A stretch of DNA of 54,181 bases from a virus (taxonomy: Duplodnaviria; Caudoviricetes): the IMG/VR virus record IMGVR_UViG_3300036852_000023, positions 1 to 54,181 of that record. One strand, 5' to 3'. How positions within the stretch are numbered: position 1 is the stretch's first letter; each line of letters begins with the position of its first letter. The position numbers were made by a program, and so were the translations under genes. Positions 52,722 through 54,181 of this stretch are shown here, piece by piece. Under the pieces are notes generated by a model, which searched no databases, was not told the origin of the DNA, and was given only the letters and a program-made list of their open reading frames with translations.

Positions 52722-54028
52722 TGAGCCTTCCACTGCCATTACAGCGCGAGCTAGAGCGCTGGTATAAGCTCAAAGACCATCCAGTACAGCGCGCATTGAT
52801 CGATGACGATGTGCGCTTCAAAGTCGTTCCTGCTGGCCGCCGTAGTGGCAAGACTGAGCGGGCCAAGCGATATGTAGCCAAGCAAGCACTCGGCAATTCC
52901 AACGAACGATACTTCATCGCCGCGCCGACATATACCCAGGTAAAAAAGATTTACTGGGCTGATATGAAAAAGCTTTGCCTCTGCAGTATGCAGAGCAAAG
53001 CCCCATCCGAAACCGACCTGATTATCTATCTGGATAACGGCACTGAAATTCACCTGATTGGCCTTGATAAGCCAGAGCGCATTGAGGGCGTACTTTGGAC
53101 GGGTGGCGTGATTGATGAGATTGCCGACATCAAAGCGGATGCATGGGAAGCGAACATCCGGCCAGCGCTAGATACATTCAATCCGCAACGGCCTGATTAT
53201 CTCGCCTGGTGCTGGCTTATTGGCGTGCCGGATGGCCTGAATCACTATTACGACATGGCCGAATACGCCAAAGTCAGCGGTGATCCAGACTGGAAGCTAT
53301 ACCATTGGGAAAGCGCAGACATCCTGCCGCAAAAGGTTATTGAAGCTGCAATGCGCAGCATGTCAAAGCGCCAGTTTAATCAGGAATACCGGGCCAGCTT
53401 TGAGACTGCGACAGGGCGCATATACGAAGATTACAGCGCCAAGAATTACACCAATGAAACCATCCAGCCGCATGAACAATTGCTGTGGTATCACGATTTC
53501 AACTTTACGCCACTCTCCAGCGGAATTGGAGTGAGGCGCGGCACTGATATATTCCTGCTAGAAGAAATCATCCTTACTAGCGCAGTAGCACGGCAAAGCG
53601 CGCTTGAGTTCGTGGATAGATATAAAGACCATCAAAACAAAAACGTGCTCGTCTACGGCGATCCTGCTGGCCGCGCTGGCGAGAAACACGGCCATGCGTC
53701 TGACTATACCGAGATGGAGAAGGTATTGCGCGATCATGGTTGGACTTATACGCGCCGAGTGAAGCCGCAAGCGCCAGCAATCAAAGACCGGCAAAATGCC
53801 GTGCGCTCGAAGATTATGAATGCCGCTGGCGAAGTAAGCCTATTCGTCAATACCAAGAATGCACCATATACGCATAAAGGCTTGGCTACGGTACAATATA
53901 AAGGTGGTTCGACTTTTCTTGAGCAAGAGTCGGACTATCAGCACATTACGACCGCATTCGGTTATTTCATTGACTATGAGTTCCCGGCAATTAACGCCAA
54001 AGCACGTGTTAGCCCATTGAGGATGTGA
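52721..54028 (+). CDS. terL: Terminase large subunit
   Basis: Walker A AGRRSGKT, APTY.Q, Walker B VIDE, FNQEY.ASF, DFN..P and GDPAG nuclease motifs. Confidence 0.95.
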   Translation: MSLPLPLQRELERWYKLKDHPVQRALIDDDVRFKVVPAGRRSGKTERAKRYVAKQALGNSNERYFIAAPTYTQVKKIYWADMKKLCLCSMQSKAPSETDLIIYLDNGTEIHLIGLDKPERIEGVLWTGGVIDEIADIKADAWEANIRPALDTFNPQRPDYLAWCWLIGVPDGLNHYYDMAEYAKVSGDPDWKLYHWESADILPQKVIEAAMRSMSKRQFNQEYRASFETATGRIYEDYSAKNYTNETIQPHEQLLWYHDFNFTPLSSGIGVRRGTDIFLLEEIILTSAVARQSALEFVDRYKDHQNKNVLVYGDPAGRAGEKHGHASDYTEMEKVLRDHGWTYTRRVKPQAPAIKDRQNAVRSKIMNAAGEVSLFVNTKNAPYTHKGLATVQYKGGSTFLEQESDYQHITTAFGYFIDYEFPAINAKARVSPLRM

Positions 54029-54054
54029 TATGGCCGATTTCGACATTCAAAAAC

Positions 54055-54181
54055 TGATTGGCTCGCCAAGCCTCGAAACAATGCCGGAGGCCGTGCGCGA
54101 CTTAATGCGCGACTTACTCGAAGGCCGTGTTCGCCAATATGCGATTGTGGCCGAGCTAGATGATGGGAATATCGGCGTAGG
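54055..54181. repeat. Terminal direct repeat, right copy
   Basis: Identical to 1-127. Confidence 0.95.

Noticed and set aside
54055-54181. 127-bp terminal repeat as a biological DTR or attachment site
   Set aside because: It falls mid-ORF and 127 is a common assembler k-mer length; best read as circular overlap
1-54181. Stop-codon reassignment
   Set aside because: Core genes are intact under the standard code and TAA, TGA and TAG all terminate credible genes

Overview
The window is a complete, circularly assembled ~54.05 kb tailed dsDNA phage genome of siphovirus type. Bases 1-127 are repeated exactly at 54055-54181. The host is probably a proteobacterium, inferred from lambdoid-type recombination and replication genes and Rz/Rz1 spanins. 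The + strand late arm runs terS-terL / portal / F-like head protein / scaffold / P22-type capsid, then a 4.3 kb inserted cassette of putative head fibre or decoration genes, neck genes, tail tube, frameshifted tail chaperones, tape measure, a GTA-like tail tip (DUF2460-DUF2163-NlpC/P60-megatron) and a lysis cassette. A - strand early arm (25.1-40.9 kb) carries SNF2-type helicase, DNA methyltransferase, ERF recombinase, exonuclease, dUTPase, a cupin, an Imm-type superinfection protein and many small ORFs. A + strand arm (41-52 kb) carries cro, an iteron-containing initiator, DnaB, VRR-NUC, NinB, a Ref-like nuclease and many small ORFs. I found no integrase or CI repressor. The most interesting signal is two small orphan proteins that each resemble only the toxin-binding C-terminal segment of a type II antitoxin: YefM-like at 25709-25975 and TacA/DUF1778-like at 268-447. 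They may be a phage antitoxin-mimic counter-defence set. Other oddities are an apparent ATT start on the tail tube gene, paired GGAU-loop hairpins before the scaffold and capsid genes, an HNH insertion that duplicated the ERF N-terminus, a Met-Met-stop minigene, several structured non-coding regions, and a shared operator on cassette promoters. All family calls come from motif recognition by eye; no searches were run.
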